64,000 nt of DNA from Eimeria praecox (Eukaryota): NCBI GenBank assembly GCA_963920595.1, contig OY986947.1:558001-622000 (forward strand). The letters run 5' to 3'. Below are positions 1-15,300 of the stretch, piece by piece. The notes beneath the pieces were generated by a model that ran no database searches, was not told where the DNA came from, and was given only the letters and a program-made list of their open reading frames with translations. The position numbers were made by a program, and so were the translations under genes. Numbering within the stretch: the stretch's first letter is position 1; every line of letters starts with the position of its first letter.

Positions 1-317
1 TACATAATGCACAAAATTGTTTTGCACAATCATGAACACCTACTATACATCCGTCAATTGCAGCTCTTTTATTTCGACAGAGGCAATACCTGAACTTGCC
101 CTCCACCGCAGTTTAAGCAGGCCGATTCGCCCTCGAGGAGCGCATCCCCTTCGACTAACGCCAACGCCAGTTTCACAAATCGGGAGGGGCATCCAACCTG
201 TTACATGCATGCGTATCCCATCTGCTAGATTTTGCCACCCACCATAGGACACTGAGCGCTACACCACCCTGAGCTGGGCTACAGCTGCCCTACACATTGT
301 TATACACCCGCTGATTG

Positions 318-3300
318 GGTCACGGCATTGCCACGATTACCACGAAGCTTTTCTAACGGCATTGCTGTAGCGTCATTCTGTCGGCATAAGGCACCAACCG
401 AGCAAATCCCATCGCGACAAACGTCCACGTTCAGAAGCTAAACGGAATGCAGCGTTGGATGCTCATTTAAACAAAAACCTTCATCGCATCAAACAGGTGC
501 GAAGCGATACAGGCAGTTGGGCACTGCAGAACGGAACTGCAAGTGAACGAAAAGCCTCCCATAGTAGGCAGACTCAATCAACGCCTCCCCAAAGGCTGCC
601 ACAGAATGCCCCTTTGAAGCTGAAGGCCCTGTACTTCAGGCCTTGTTAATGTCAGGAACTTACAACCTGGGCCGAATCAACACCAGGCAACGCTCAGATA
701 TAAGAGACATCGTCTGCTAAGACTACTCCACTAGGCAACACAACAGCACACGATAGATGGAATACCCAGCCAGCATCAAATAACCAGCATATACGCAACG
801 TGTTGACAAGTCCAGGTGCAGAAACCAAAATGACCCTTCTCAGAGCCCCTGCCCACTACGCCAGACAAAGGGGAGCAGAGACGGATATGTGGCATATAAC
901 TAGCTAATCAAACACACATCGTAGTTGCTGGTCAAAGGCACATCAAAACGCTGCTTGTGAGGCTGCGCAAAGCAAGACTCTACTGCAACTGCCAGGTGCC
1001 TGACCCTTATCTGCTGCCTAGTGAAAAATCACCAATTCTGATAGAAGCTGCGCCTTCCTACAGCGGCAGCTCCCCTGTGGATCCTAGTGTCCGCCTTCGT
1101 CTTCCTTATTAACCACAACGCACGAGCTGTTCTTCGAGGCCGCCTACAAACACACTTAGGTGTAGGATGGCCTACGACTTGGGTCCGTGCCACAACGAAC
1201 AATCCGTGCAAGGTGTGCTGACGCCTTGACAGTGGCGTGTCTGGGGATACCTCGAAAATCACAGAAGAAACACAAATCGTATGAATCGCACACCCGGAAA
1301 AACGTGGAATATTCGAAGCAGCTGCCGCAGGCCCCCAACAGTGCCCAAACACACCTGCAATTACAAGCATGTTTCCAAGGGAGGGCCCAAACCCTCACGC
1401 GAATTCGCGAAGCCCAAATCCCACGAAAACGGCACACAGCCCCCTCCGCTCAAGCTGGCTCAATTTCGACACACTAACGGATATACAACCTGCTAGCGCT
1501 CCCACGGTAGACTAGGCATCCATTTTACTGCCAAAACCCCGACAACGAAAGTTTGGCTGAACAGTACTGGCACTGCCATTGGCTCGTGCCCGCATACGAT
1601 AACTTTTTGTCCTACACAGGACTTCACGGGCTCTCCCATACAAACGTCAGGAAATACGCGCCCCTCACTGAGAATGAAGCCGGCGTGAGCGACCTACTGA
1701 TGGTTAGGTTATTCACAATCCATGACACAGTCTGCGAGCATACGCCTAGTTCAGGCGATTCTCGCATTGCATCTACACGCACGGTCTGAAGCACAGAGCT
1801 CATACATCGGATGTGCCGCATGCTGGCCAGTTCCCCTTGACTATCCGTGAAATATGCACAGACCGCTGGCGAGAACACTACTTCACTGCGCGCCCTGTGC
1901 ACAACGGAATGGTGACAACAGCTCCCTCACAGGCGAGAGTGAACACACACACGCAAAAGAACGACATCAACAACAGCAATTCCGAAACATCACAGCACCC
2001 CTATATAAGGCAAATGTGGCACAGGACATTTACCCTGCCTCTTTGAGCTTGCATACCCACAAGCAAGTAAAGAAGCAACCATGCCAGTCCATGCATGCGG
2101 CGAATGTAACGCAGCGCCTCCGGCATGCACCTCCTCAAGGCGCTGCGCAAACTAAGAAGCCACAGAGTCAGCCGGAATATGTTGCATGGTATAAAGCATA
2201 AAGCACAAGATGCAGCTGCATATAACAGCAGCAACCGATGCATTCTCATGGATCAAATTCCCCGGCAACTTGGCATTCGCCGCAGCTCGCAGCTCGCTGA
2301 TCGCAAGCGCTGAACGGTTATTCGCGTCACCATCTCTACTACTAATTGTTGAGAACCCAGCTCCCCCACCAAGGCTGCTCATCAACAAACACAAGCACAG
2401 AAGCACAATAAGGAAGGAGGAAGGAGCTGTTGGGCTTGATTTCCATGACGTAGGCCGCAGTCGAGTTGCTCGTTAATGTACTGCACCATCACCATGCACC
2501 TTCACTTCTGCGCACATCCTGCATTGCGACAACTTGTCAACTACTAAGAGCGCTGTAGTAAGCATGTGCCTTTTGCAAAGCGCCGAGGCGTTTCAAAGGG
2601 CAGGCATCCTAAACTCACCACGCAAGATCGCCTATTTCTACAGTGACATCAACACCACTCTACTCTCGTTCCCCAGCGCCATATGGTGAGAGCCACTTAC
2701 TGCGGAAGCACAACTGAAACGACGTCGCCAACTCTGTTTTCCGATTGCACTTTAACTAACTAGCACATGCTTCTGTTCAACTCCTCGGCTGAGATATCAC
2801 ACAGCAGCTGCGCTGCCTCAGAAATGAATAAATGGACTTTGCCCGGTTCCCGCCAGCAAATGCTAAGTTAGTGGAGAAATTAGCAGTTCACTTATAATGC
2901 CTCCTCGCTAAGACGAGCAAGCCTTCGGCACCCAGGAATACGCCTTTGCAACCCCTAACAAAAGAAGAGCAGTGCTCCTGTGACAAAGCAGGCTAAAGCC
3001 ACTCCCCTAATCACGCGACCCTTGTGCTGGCACATTTCACTGCCACAGGCCCCAATGGCTGCGGGCCCTTTCCCGCGTCGGCGGCGAAACCCATTAGCTG
3101 TCGTGCGCATCCAAATTCGACGTACCCGCTGCTAGTGAAATTCCTTCTCCCCCTGCAAAAGTTGCCCAAGAGGTTTGCTCTAAACTTCTCCTCGGATACC
3201 CCGCACATGGGCTTCCTCAAGCCTAAACAGACGTTACCTTCCGCCAAAAGATCAATGCTGCCTGCATGCACACAGGTGAATAAGTCCGATATGAGCCAAC

Positions 3301-6300
3301 ACGCCGAAGCGGTAATTCTAGGGACAAACGCAGCATGATAAACCTCCGGCAGTGGAGTCAAATGGGAAAGGCCGGTGACGCGCCTGACGCTCACCACCAC
3401 GCCTATTATTGCACTGTTCCAACTGTAACGCTCTGACGCACCTCCTGACACCAGCATACATCCGAGAACAGCATGCAGTACGCTTGGTGTCCCCAGTGCT
3501 TGTGTGGGCTGAATGCGTTTGAACGTGCCTTTCTGTGGGATACACCATGCTCTGGGGTGTTTAAACGCAGGACACAGCCGAATAAGACTAGCCAAGCTGA
3601 AGCGTTCCCTTGGGGCCTGCCACCGTGAAGCGCCGCTCTACCACAGGCGCGTGGATCTGCACATTAACAGGTTGCCCCTCTTCACGCACCGCAGTCCCAA
3701 TTCAGTGCGCAAACACACGGAAAGCTCGAAATGCAGCGCCGGTTTGTCCAGAAAAAGCCATCGATGGAGAGAAAAGAGGATGCCGCAGCATATTCAACAC
3801 AAATAATCATCTTCCTTGTTCTTGTTCTCCAGCTGCCGCTCCAACCTCCCGTCTGCCCGTGACATACGGTGTCCAACACGGACGCGCGTGCTCTAGTCCA
3901 AGCCGCTTGGCGCCGCCCATGACTACTGCATGCTATGCAGCAGCTGCGACTAAATGAGCGTCCTGTTAATGGCTGTCTTTGGCATGTGCTACAATCAGAG
4001 TGCAATCAGCTCTCCTGGACAGACGATGACGCCGTTCCATCCACGAAGTGAGCTTAGTTGCGCTGTCCACCCACTTCCTGTGGCTCCGGAGATGCAATGA
4101 TCCTTTACGTCCCTATAGCAATAAAGTGCTGGCACAAAAACACGTTCGAACATCGTAGCTACATGCACGCCTATGCCATGCAACATGCAAGACAGCCTCC
4201 TACAGCACCGGCACCAAAACTGACGCATAGCTCTTAGCTCTGCATCCAGTTGGCCTCCCTGGCCTTGCATCAACCACATGATGCTGTTCAGCGCATCGCT
4301 GCCATGAAAACGTGGGCACTGAGTCGACATGCTAGCTCCCGCAGACGGCACCAGTTCAGCAGAATTTGAGGCTTCACCACACCAAAGCACCAACGCGTAC
4401 CTCAGCCACTTGAGATCGTCACTGTGCTGTTCAATGCTGTCCAATGCATAACCGAATTAATCATGCAACCTGGTGCATGCGTGTGCAGCGCGCTGACATT
4501 GAAGCACCTGGATGCCTTTTCCAGGCATCCCAGCCACAAAATCGTACTAGCAAGAATCAGGTCACGGCACTGCCACGATTACCACGAAGCTTTTCTAACG
4601 GCATTGCTGTAGCGTCGTTCTGTCGGCATAAGGCACCAACCGAGCAAATCCCATCGCGACAAACGTCCACGTTCAGAAGCTAAACGGAATGCAGCGTTGA
4701 ATGCTCATTTAAACAAAAACCTTCATCGCATCAAACAGGTGCGAAGCGATACAGGCAGTTGGGCACTGCAGAACGGAACTGCAAGCGAACGAAAAGCCTC
4801 CCACAGTAGGCAGACTCAATCAACGCTTCCCCAAAGGCTGCCACAGAATGCCCCTTTGAAACTGAAGGCCCTGTACGTCAGGCCTTGTTAATGTCAGGAA
4901 CTTACAACCTGGGCCGAATCAACACCAGGCAACGCTCAGATATAAGAGACATCGTCTGCTAAGACTACTCCACTAGGCAACACAACAGCACACGATAGAT
5001 GGAATACCCAGCCAGCATCAAATAACCAGCATATACGCAACGTGTTGACAAGTCCAGGTGCAGAAACCAAAATGACCCTTCTCAGAGCCCCTGCCCACTA
5101 CGCCAGACAAAGGGGAGCAGAGACGGATATGTGGCATATAACTAGCTAATCAAACACACATCGTAGTTGCTGGTCAAAGGCACATCAAAACGCTGCTTGT
5201 GAGGCTGCGCAAAGCAAGACTCTACTGCAACTGCCAGGTGCCTGACCCTTATCTGCTGCCTAGTGAAAAATCACCAATTCTGATAGAAGCTGCGCCTTCC
5301 TACAGCGGCAGCTCCCCTGTGGATCCTAGTGTCCGCCTTCGTCTTCCTTATTAACCACAACGCACGAGCTGTTCTTCGAGGCCGCCTACAAACACACTTA
5401 GGTGTAGGATGGCCTACGACTTGGGTCCGTGCCACAACGAACAATCCGTGCAAGGTGTGCTGACGCCTTGACAGTGGCGTGTCTGGGGATACCTCGAAAA
5501 TCACAGAAGAAACACAAATCATATGAATCGCACACCCGGAAAAACGTGGAATATTCGAAGCAGCTGCCGCAGGCCCCCAACAGTGCCCAAACACACCTGC
5601 AATTACAAGCATGTTTCCAAGGGAGGGCCCAAACCCTCACGCGAATTCGCGAAGCCCAAATCCCACGAAAACGGCACACAGCCCCCTCCGCTCAAGCTGG
5701 CTCAATTTCGACACACTAACGGATATACAACCTGCTAGCGCTCCCACGGTAGACTAGGCATCCATTTTAACCAAAATGACCCTTCTCAGAGCCCCTGCCC
5801 ACTACGCCAGACAAAGGGGAGCAGAGACGGATATGTGGCATATAACTAGCTAATCAAACACACATCGTAGTTGCTGGTCAAAGGCACATCAAAACGCTGC
5901 TTGTGAGGCTGCGCAAAGCAAGACTCTACTGCAACTGCCAGGTGCCTGACCCTTATCTGCTGCCTAGTGAAAAATCACCAATTCTGATAGAAGCTGCGCC
6001 TTCCTACAGCGGCAGCTCCCCTGTGGATCCTAGTGTCCGCCTTCGTCTTCCTTATTAACCACAACGCACGAGCTGTTCTTCGAGGCCGCCTACAAACACA
6101 CTTAGGTGTAGGATGGCCTACGACTTGGGTCCGTGCCACAACGAACAATCCGTGCAAGGTGTGCTGACGCCTTAACAGTGGCGTGTCTGGGGATACCTCG
6201 AAAATCACAGAAGAAACACAAATCGTATGAATCGCACACCCGGAAAAACGTGGAATATTCGAAGCAGCTGCCGCAGGCCCCCAACAGTGCCCAAACACAC

Positions 6301-9300
6301 CTGCAATTACAAGCATGTTTCCAAGGGAGGGCCCAAACCCTCACGCGAATTCGCGAAGCCCAAATCCCACGAAAACGGCACACAGCCCCCTCCGCTCAAG
6401 CTGGCTCAATTTCGACACACTAACGGATATACAACCTGCTAGCGCTCCCACGGTAGACTAGGCATCCATTTTACTGCCAAAACCCCGACAACGAAAGTTT
6501 GGCTGAACAGTACTGGCACTGCCATTGGCTCGTGCCCGCATACGATAACTTTTTGTCCTACACAGGACTTCACGGGCTCTCCCATACAAACGTCAGGAAA
6601 TACGCGCCCCTCACTGAGAATGAAGCCGGCGTGAGCGACCTACTGATGGTTAGGTTATTCACAATCCATGACACAGTCTGCGAGCATACGCCTAGTTCAG
6701 GCGATTCTCGCATTGCATCTACACGCACGGTCTGAAGCACAGAGCTCATACATCGGATGTGCCGCATGCTGGCCAGTTCCCCTTGACTATCCGTGAAATA
6801 TGCACAGACCGCTGGCGAGAACACTACTTCACTGCGCGCCCTGTGCACAACGGAATGGTGACAACAGCTCCCTCACAGGCGAGAGTGAACACACACACGC
6901 AAAAGAACGACATCAACAACAGCAATTCCGAAACATCACAGCACCCCTATATAAGGCAAGTGCGGCACAGGACATTTACCCTGCCTCTCTGAGCCTGCAT
7001 ACCCACAAGCAAGTAAAGAAGCAACCATGCCAGTCCATGCATGCGGCGAATGTAACGCAGCGCCTCCGGCATGCACCTCCTCAAGGCGCTGCGCAAACTA
7101 AGAAGCCACAGAGTCAGCCGGAATATGTTGCATGGTATAAAGCATAAAGCACAAGATGCAGCTGCATATAACAGCAGCAACCGATGCATTCTCATGGATC
7201 AAATTCCCCGGCAACTTGGCATTCGCCGCAGCTCGCAGCTCGCTGATCGCAAGCGCTGAACGGTTATTCGCGTCACCATCTCTACTACTAATTGTTGAGA
7301 ACCCAGCTCCCCCACCAAGGCTGCTCATCAACAAACACAAGCACAGAAGCACAATAAGGAAGGAAGAAGGAGCTGTTGGGCTTGATTTCCATGACGTAGG
7401 CCGCAGTCGAGTTGCTCGTTAATGTGCTGCACCATCACCATGCACCTTCACTTCTGCGCACATCCTGCATTGCGACAACTTGTCAACTACTAAGAGCGCT
7501 GTAGTAAGCATGTGCCTTTTGCAAAGCGCCGAGGCGTTTCAAAGGGCAGGCATCCTAAACTCACCACGCAAGATCGCCTATTTCTACAGTGACATCAACA
7601 CCACTCTACTCTCGTTCCCCAGCGCCATATGGTGAGAGCCACTTACTGCGGAAGCACAACTGAAACGACGTCGCCAACTCTGTTTTCCGATTGCACTTCA
7701 ACTAACTAGCACATGCTTCTGTTCAACTCCTCGGCTGAGACATCACACAGCAGCTGCGCTGCCTCAGAAATGAATAAATGGACTTTGCCCGGTTCCCGCC
7801 AGCAAATGCTAAGTTAGTGGAGAAATTAGCAGTTCACTTATAATGCCTCCTCGCTAAGACGAGCAAGCCTTCGGCACCCAGGAATACGCCTTTGCAACCC
7901 CTAACAAAAGAAGAGCAGTGCTCCTGTGACAAAGCAGGCTAAAGCCACTCCCCTAATCACGCGACCCTTGTGCTGGCACATTTCACTGCCACAGGCCCCA
8001 ATGGCTGCGGGCCCTTTCCCGCGTCGGCGGCGAAACCCATTAGCTGTCGTGCGCATCCAAATTCGACGTACCCGCTGCTAGTGAAATTCCTTCTCCCCCT
8101 GCAAAAGTTGCCCAAGAGGTTTGCTCTAAACTTCTCCTCGGATACCCCGCACATGAGCTTCCTCAAGCCTAAACAGACGTTACCTTCCGCCAAAAGATCA
8201 ATGCTGCCTGCATGCACACAGGTGAATAAGTCCGATATGAGCCAACACGCCGAAGCGGTAATTCTAGGGACAAACGCAGCATGATAAACCTCCGGCAGTG
8301 GAGTCAAATGGGAAAGGCCGGTGACGCGCCTGACGCTCACCACCACGCCTATTATTGCACTGTTCCAACTGTAACGCTCTGACGCACCTCCTGACACCAG
8401 CATACATCCGAGAACAGCATGCAGTACGCTTGGTGTCCCCAGTGCTTGTGTGGGCTGAATGCGTTTGAACGTGCCTTTCTGTGGGATACACCATGCTCTG
8501 GGGTGTTTAAACGCAGGACACAGCCGAATAAGACTAGCCAAGCTGAAGCGTTCCCTTGGGGCCTGCCACCGTGAAGCGCCGCTCTACCACAGGCGCGTGG
8601 ATCTGCACATTAACAGGTTGCCCCTCTTCACGCACCGCAGTCCCAATTCAGTGCGCAAACACACGGAAAGCTCGAAATGCAGCGCCGGTTTGTCCAGAAA
8701 AAGCCATCGATGGAGAGAAAAGAGGATGCCGCAGCATATTCAACACAAATAATCATCTTCCTTGTTCTTGTTCTCCAGCTGCCGCTCCAACCTCCCGTCT
8801 GCCCGTGACATACGGTGTCCAACACGGACGCGCGTGCTCCAGTCCAAGCCGCTTGGCGCCGCCCATGACTACTGCATGCTATGCAGCAGCTGCGACTAAG
8901 TGAACGTCCTCCTAAAGGTTGCCTTTGGAATGTACTACATTGAGAGTGCAATCAGCTCTCCTGGACAGACGATGGCGCCGTTCCATCCATGAAGTGAGCT
9001 TAGTTGCGCTGTCCACCCACTTCCTGTGGCTCCGGAGATGCAATGATCCTTTACGTCCCTATAGCAATAAAGTGCTGGCACAAAAACACGTTCGAACATC
9101 CTAGCTACATGCACGCCTATGCCACGCAACATGCAAGACAGCCTCCTACAGCACCGGCACCAAAACTGACGCATAGCTCTTAGCTCCGCATCCAGTTGGC
9201 CTCCCTGGCCTTGCGTCAACCACATGATGCTGTTCAGCGCATCGCTGCCATGAAAACGTGGGCACTGAGTCGACATGCTAGCTCCCGCAGACGGCACCAG

Positions 9301-12300
9301 TTCAGCAGAATTTGAGGCTTCACCACACCAAAGCACCAACGCACACCTCAGCCACTTGAGATCGTCACTGTGCTGTTCAATGCTGTCCAATGCATAACCG
9401 AATTAATCATGCAACCTGGTGCATGCGTGTGCAGCGCGCTGACATTGAAGCACCTGGATGCCTTTTCCAGGCATCCCAGCCACAAAATCGTACTAGCAAG
9501 AATCAGGTCACGGCACTGCCACGATTACCACGAAGCTTTTCTAACGGCATTGCTGTAGCGTTGTTCTGTCGGCATAAGGCACCAACCGGGCAAATCCCAT
9601 CGCGACAAACGTCCACGTTCAGAAGCTAAACGGAATGCAGCGTTGAATGCTCATTTAAACAAAAACCTTCATCGCACCAAACAGGTGCGAAGCGATACAG
9701 GCAGTTGGGCACTGCAGAAAGGAACTGCAAGCGAACGAAAAGTCTCCCACAGTAGGCAGACTCAATCAACGCTTCCCTAAAGGCTGCCACAGAATGCCCC
9801 TTTGAAGCTGAAGGCCCTGTACTTTAGGCCTTGTTAATGTCAGGAACTTACAACCTGGGCCGAATCAACACCAGGCAACGCTCAGATATAAGAGACATCG
9901 TCTGCTAAGACTACTCCACTAGGCAACACAACAGCACACGATAGATGGAATACCCAGCCAGCATCAAATAACCAGCATATACGCAACGTGTTGACAAGTC
10001 CAGGTGCAGAAACCAAAATGACCCTTCTCAGAGCCCCTGCCCACTACGCCAGACAAAGGGGAGCAGAGACGGATATGTGGCATATAACTAGCTAATCAAA
10101 CACACATCGTAGTTGCTGGTCAAAGGCACATCAAAACGCTGCTTGTGAGGCTGCGCAAAGCAAGACTCTACTGCAACTGCCAGGTGCCTGACCCTTATCT
10201 GCTGCCTAGTGAAAAATCACCAATTCTGATAGAAGCTGCGCCTTCCTACAGCGGCAGCTCCCCTGTGGATCCTAGTGTCCGCCTTCGTCTTCCTTATTAA
10301 CCACAACGCACGAGCTGTTCTTCGAGGCCGCCTACAAACACACTTAGGTGTAGGATGGCCTACGACTTGGGTCCGTGCCACAACGAACAATCCGTGCAAG
10401 GTGTGCTGACGCCTTAACAGTGGCGTGTCTGGGGATACCTCGAAAATCACAGAAGAAACACAAATCGTATGAATCGCACACCCGGAAAAACGTGGAATAT
10501 TCGAAGCAGCTGCCGCAGGCCCCCAACAGTGCCCAAACACACCTGCAATTACAAGCATGTTTCCAAGGGAGGGCCCAAACCCTCACGCGAATTCGCGAAG
10601 CCCAAATCCCACGAAAACGGCACACAGCCCCCTCCGCTCAAGCTGGCTCAATTTCGACACACTAACGGATATACAACCTGCTAGCGCTCCCACGGTAGAC
10701 TAGGCATCCATTTTACTGCCAAAACCCCGACAACGAAAGTTTGGCTGAACAGTACTGGCACTGCCATTGGCTCGTGCCCGCATACGATAACTTTTTGTCC
10801 TACACAGGACTTCACGGGCTCTCCCATACAAACGTCAGGAAATACGCGCCCCTCACTGAGAATGAAGCCGGCGTGAGCGACCTACTGATGGTTAGGTTAT
10901 TCACAATCCATGACACAGTCTGCGAGCATACGCCTAGTTCAGGCGATTCTCGCATTGCATCTACACGCACGGTCTGAAGCACAGAGCTCATACATCGGAT
11001 GTGCCGCATGCTGGCCAGTTCCCCTTGACTATCCGTGAAATATGCACAGACCGCTGGCGAGAACACTACTTCACTGCGCGCCCTGTGCACAACGGAATGG
11101 TGACAACAGCTCCCTCACAGGCGAGAGTGAACACACACACGCAAAAGAACGACATCAACAACAGCAATTCCGAAACATCACAGCACCCCTATATAAGGCA
11201 AATGCGGCACAGGACATTTACCCTGCCTCTCTGAGCCTGCATACCCACAAGCAAGTAAAGAAGCAACCATGCCAGTCCATGCATGCGGCGAATGTAACGC
11301 AGCGCCTCCGGCATGCACCTCCTCAAGGCGCTGCGCAAACTAAGAAGCCACAGAGTCAGCCGGAATATGTTGCATGGTATAAAGCATAAAGCACAAGATG
11401 CAGCTGCATATAACAGCAGCAACCGATGCATTCTCATGGATCAAATTCCCCGGCAACTTGGCATTCGCCGCAGCTCACAGCTCGCTGATCGCAAGCGCTG
11501 AGCGGTTATTCGCGTCACCATCTCTACTACTAATTGTTGAGAACCCAGCTCCCCCACCAAGGCTGCTCATCAACAAACACAAGCACAGAAGCACAATAAG
11601 GAAGGAAGAAGGAGCTGTTGGGCTTGATTTCCATGACGTAGGCCGCAGTCGAGTTGCTCGTTAATGTACTGCACCATCACCATGCACCTTCACTTCTGCG
11701 CACATCCTGCATTGCGACAACTTGTCAACTACTAAGAGCGCTGTAGTAAGCATGTGCCTTTTGCAAAGCGCCGAGGCGTTTCAAAGGGCAGGCATCCTAA
11801 ACTCACCACGCAAGATCGCCTATTTCTACAGTGACATCAACACCACTCTACTCTCGTTCCCCAGCGCCATATGGTGAGAGCCACTTACTGCGGAAGCACA
11901 ACTGAAACGACGTCGCCAACTCTGTTTTCCGATTGCACTTCAACTAACTAGCACATGCTTCTGTTCAACTCCTCGGCTGAGACATCACACAGCAGCTGCG
12001 CTGCCTCAGAAATGAATAAATGGACTTTGCCCGGTTCCCGCCAGCAAATGCTAAGTTAGTGGAGAAATTAGCAGTTCACTTATAATGCCTCCTCGCTAAG
12101 ACGAGCAAGCCTTCGGCACCCAGGAATACGCCTTTGCAACCCCTAACAAAAGAAGAGCAGTGCTCCTGTGACAAAGCAGGCTAAAGCCACTCCCCTAATC
12201 ACGCGACCCTTGTGCTGGCACATTTCACTGCCACAGGCCCCAATGGCTGCGGGCCCTTTCCCGCGTCGGCGGCGAAACCCATTAGCTGTCGTGCGCATCC

Positions 12301-15300
12301 AAATTCGACGTACCCGCTGCTAGTGAAATTCCTTCTCCCCCTGCAAAAGTTGCCCAAGAGGTTTGCTCTAAACTTCTCCTCGGATACCCCGCACATGAGC
12401 TTCCTCAAGCCTAAACAGACGTTACCTTCCGCCAAAAGATCAATGCTGCCTGCATGCACACAGGTGAATAAGTCCGATATGAGCCAACACGCCGAAGCGG
12501 TAATTCTAGGGACAAACGCAGCATGATAAACCTCCGGCAGTGGAGTCAAATGGGAAAGGCCGGTGACGCGCCTGACGCTCACCACCACGCCTATTATTGC
12601 ACTGTTCCAACTGTAACGCTCTGACGCACCTCCTGACACCAGCATACATCCGAGAACAGCATGCAGTACGCTTGGTGTCCCCAGTGCTTGTGTGGGCTGA
12701 ATGCGTTTGAACGTGCCTTTCTGTGGGATACACCATGCTCTGGGGTGTTTAAACGCAGGACACAGCCGAATAAGACTAGCCAAGCTGAAGCGTTCCCTTG
12801 GGGCCTGCCACCGTGAAGCGCCGCTCTACCACAGGCGCGTGGATCTGCACATTAACAGGTTGCCCCTCTTCACGCACCGCAGTCCCAATTCAGTGCGCAA
12901 ACACACGGAAAGCTCGAAATGCAGCGCCGGTTTGTCCAGAAAAAGCCATCGATGGAGAGAAAAGAGGATGCCGCAGCATATTCAACACAAATAATCATCT
13001 TCCTTGTTCTTGTTCTCCAGCTGCCGCTCCAACCTCCCGTCTGCCCGTGACATACGGTGTCCAACACGGACGCGCGTGCTCCAGTCCAAGCCGCTTGGCG
13101 CCGCCCATGACTACTGCATGCTATGCAGCAGCTGCGACTAAGTGAACGTCCTCCTAAAGGTTGCCTTTGGAATGTACTACATTGAGAGTGCAATCAGCTC
13201 TCCTGGACAGACGATGGCGCCGTTCCATCCATGAAGTGAGCTTAGTTGCGCTGTCCACCCACTTCCTGTGGCTCCGGAGATGCAATGATCCTTTACGTCC
13301 CTATAGCAATAAAGTGCTGGCACAAAAGCACGTTCGAACATCCTAGCTACATGCACGCCTATGCCACGCAACATGCAAGACAGCCTCCTACAGCACCGGC
13401 ACCAAAACTGACGCATAGCTCTTAGCTCCGCATCCAGTTGGCCTCCCTGGCCTTGCGTCAACCACATGATGCTGTTCAGCGCATCGCTGCCATGAAAACG
13501 TGGGCACTGAGTCGACATGCTAGCTCCCGCAGACGGCACCAGTTCAGCAGAATTTGAGGCTTCACCACACCAAAGCACCAACGCGTACCTCAGCCACTTG
13601 AGATCGTCACTGTGCTGTTCAATGCTGTCCAATGCATAACCGAATTAATCATGCAACCTGGTGCATGCGTGTGCAGCGCGCTGACATTGAAGCACCTGGA
13701 TGCCTTTTCCAGGCATCCCAGCCACAAAATCGTACTAGCAAGAATCAGGTCACGGCACTGCCACGATTACCACGAAGCTTTTCTAACGGCATTGCTGTAG
13801 CGTCGTTCTGTCGGCATAAGGCACCAACCGGGCAAATCCCATCGCGACAAACGTCCACGTTCAGAAGCTAAACGGAATGCAGCGTTGAATGCTCATTTAA
13901 ACAAAAACCTTCATCGCACCAAACAGGTGCGAAGCGATACAGGCAGTTGGGCACTGCAGAAAGGAACTGCAAGCGAACGAAAAGTCTCCCACAGTAGGCA
14001 GACTCAATCAACGCTTCCCTAAAGGCTGCCACAGAATGCCCCTTTGAAGCTGAAGGCCCTGTACTTTAGGCCTTGTTAATGTCAGGAACTTACAACCTGG
14101 GCCGAATCAACACCAGGCAACGCTCAGATATAAGAGACATCGTCTGCTAAGACTACTCCACTAGGCAACACAACAGCACACGATAGATGGAATACCCAGC
14201 CAGCATCAAATAACCAGCATATACGCAACGTGTTGACAAGTCCAGGTGCAGAAACCAAAATGACCCTTCTCAGAGCCCCTGCCCACTACGCCAGACAAAG
14301 GGGAGCAGAGACGGATATGTGGCATATAACTAGCTAATCAAACACACATCGTAGTTGCTGGTCAAAGGCACATCAAAACGCTGCTTGTGAGGCTGCGCAA
14401 AGCAAGACTCTACTGCAACTGCCAGGTGCCTGACCCTTATCTGCTGCCTAGTGAAAAATCACCAATTCTGATAGAAGCTGCGCCTTCCTACAGCGGCAGC
14501 TCCCCTGTGGATCCTAGTGTCCGCCTTCGTCTTCCTTATTAACCACAACGCACGAGCTGTTCTTCGAGGCCGCCTACAAACACACTTAGGTGTAGGATGG
14601 CCTACGACTTGGGTCCGTGCCACAACGAACAATCCGTGCAAGGTGTGCTGACGCCTTGACAGTGGCGTGTCTGGGGATACCTCGAAAATCACAGAAGAAA
14701 CACAAATCGTATGAATCGCACACCCGGAAAAACGTGGAATATTCGAAGCAGCTGCCGCAGGCCCCCAACAGTGCCCAAACACACCTGCAATTACAAGCAT
14801 GTTTCCAAGGGAGAGCCCAAACCCTCACGCGAATTCGCGAAGCCCAAATCCCACGAAAACGGCACACAGCCCCCTCCGCTCAAGCTGGCTCAATTTCGAC
14901 ACACTAACGGATATACAACCTGCTAGCGCTCCCACGGTAGACTAGGCATCCATTTTACTGCCAAAACCCCGACAACGAAAGTTTGGCTGAACAGTACTGA
15001 CACTGCCATTGGCTCGTGCCCGCATACGATAACTTTTTGTCCTACACAGGACTTCACGGGCTCTCCCATACAAACGTCAGGAAATACGCGCCCCTCACTG
15101 AGAATAAAGCCGGCGTGAGCGACCTACTGATGGTTAGGTTATTCACGATCCATGACACAGTCTGCGAGCATACGCCTAGTTCAGGCGATTCTCGCATTGC
15201 ATCTACACGCACGGTCTGAAGCACAGAGCTCATACATCGGATGTGCCGCATGCTGGCCAGTTCCCCTTGACTATCCGTGAAATATGCACAGACCGCTGGC

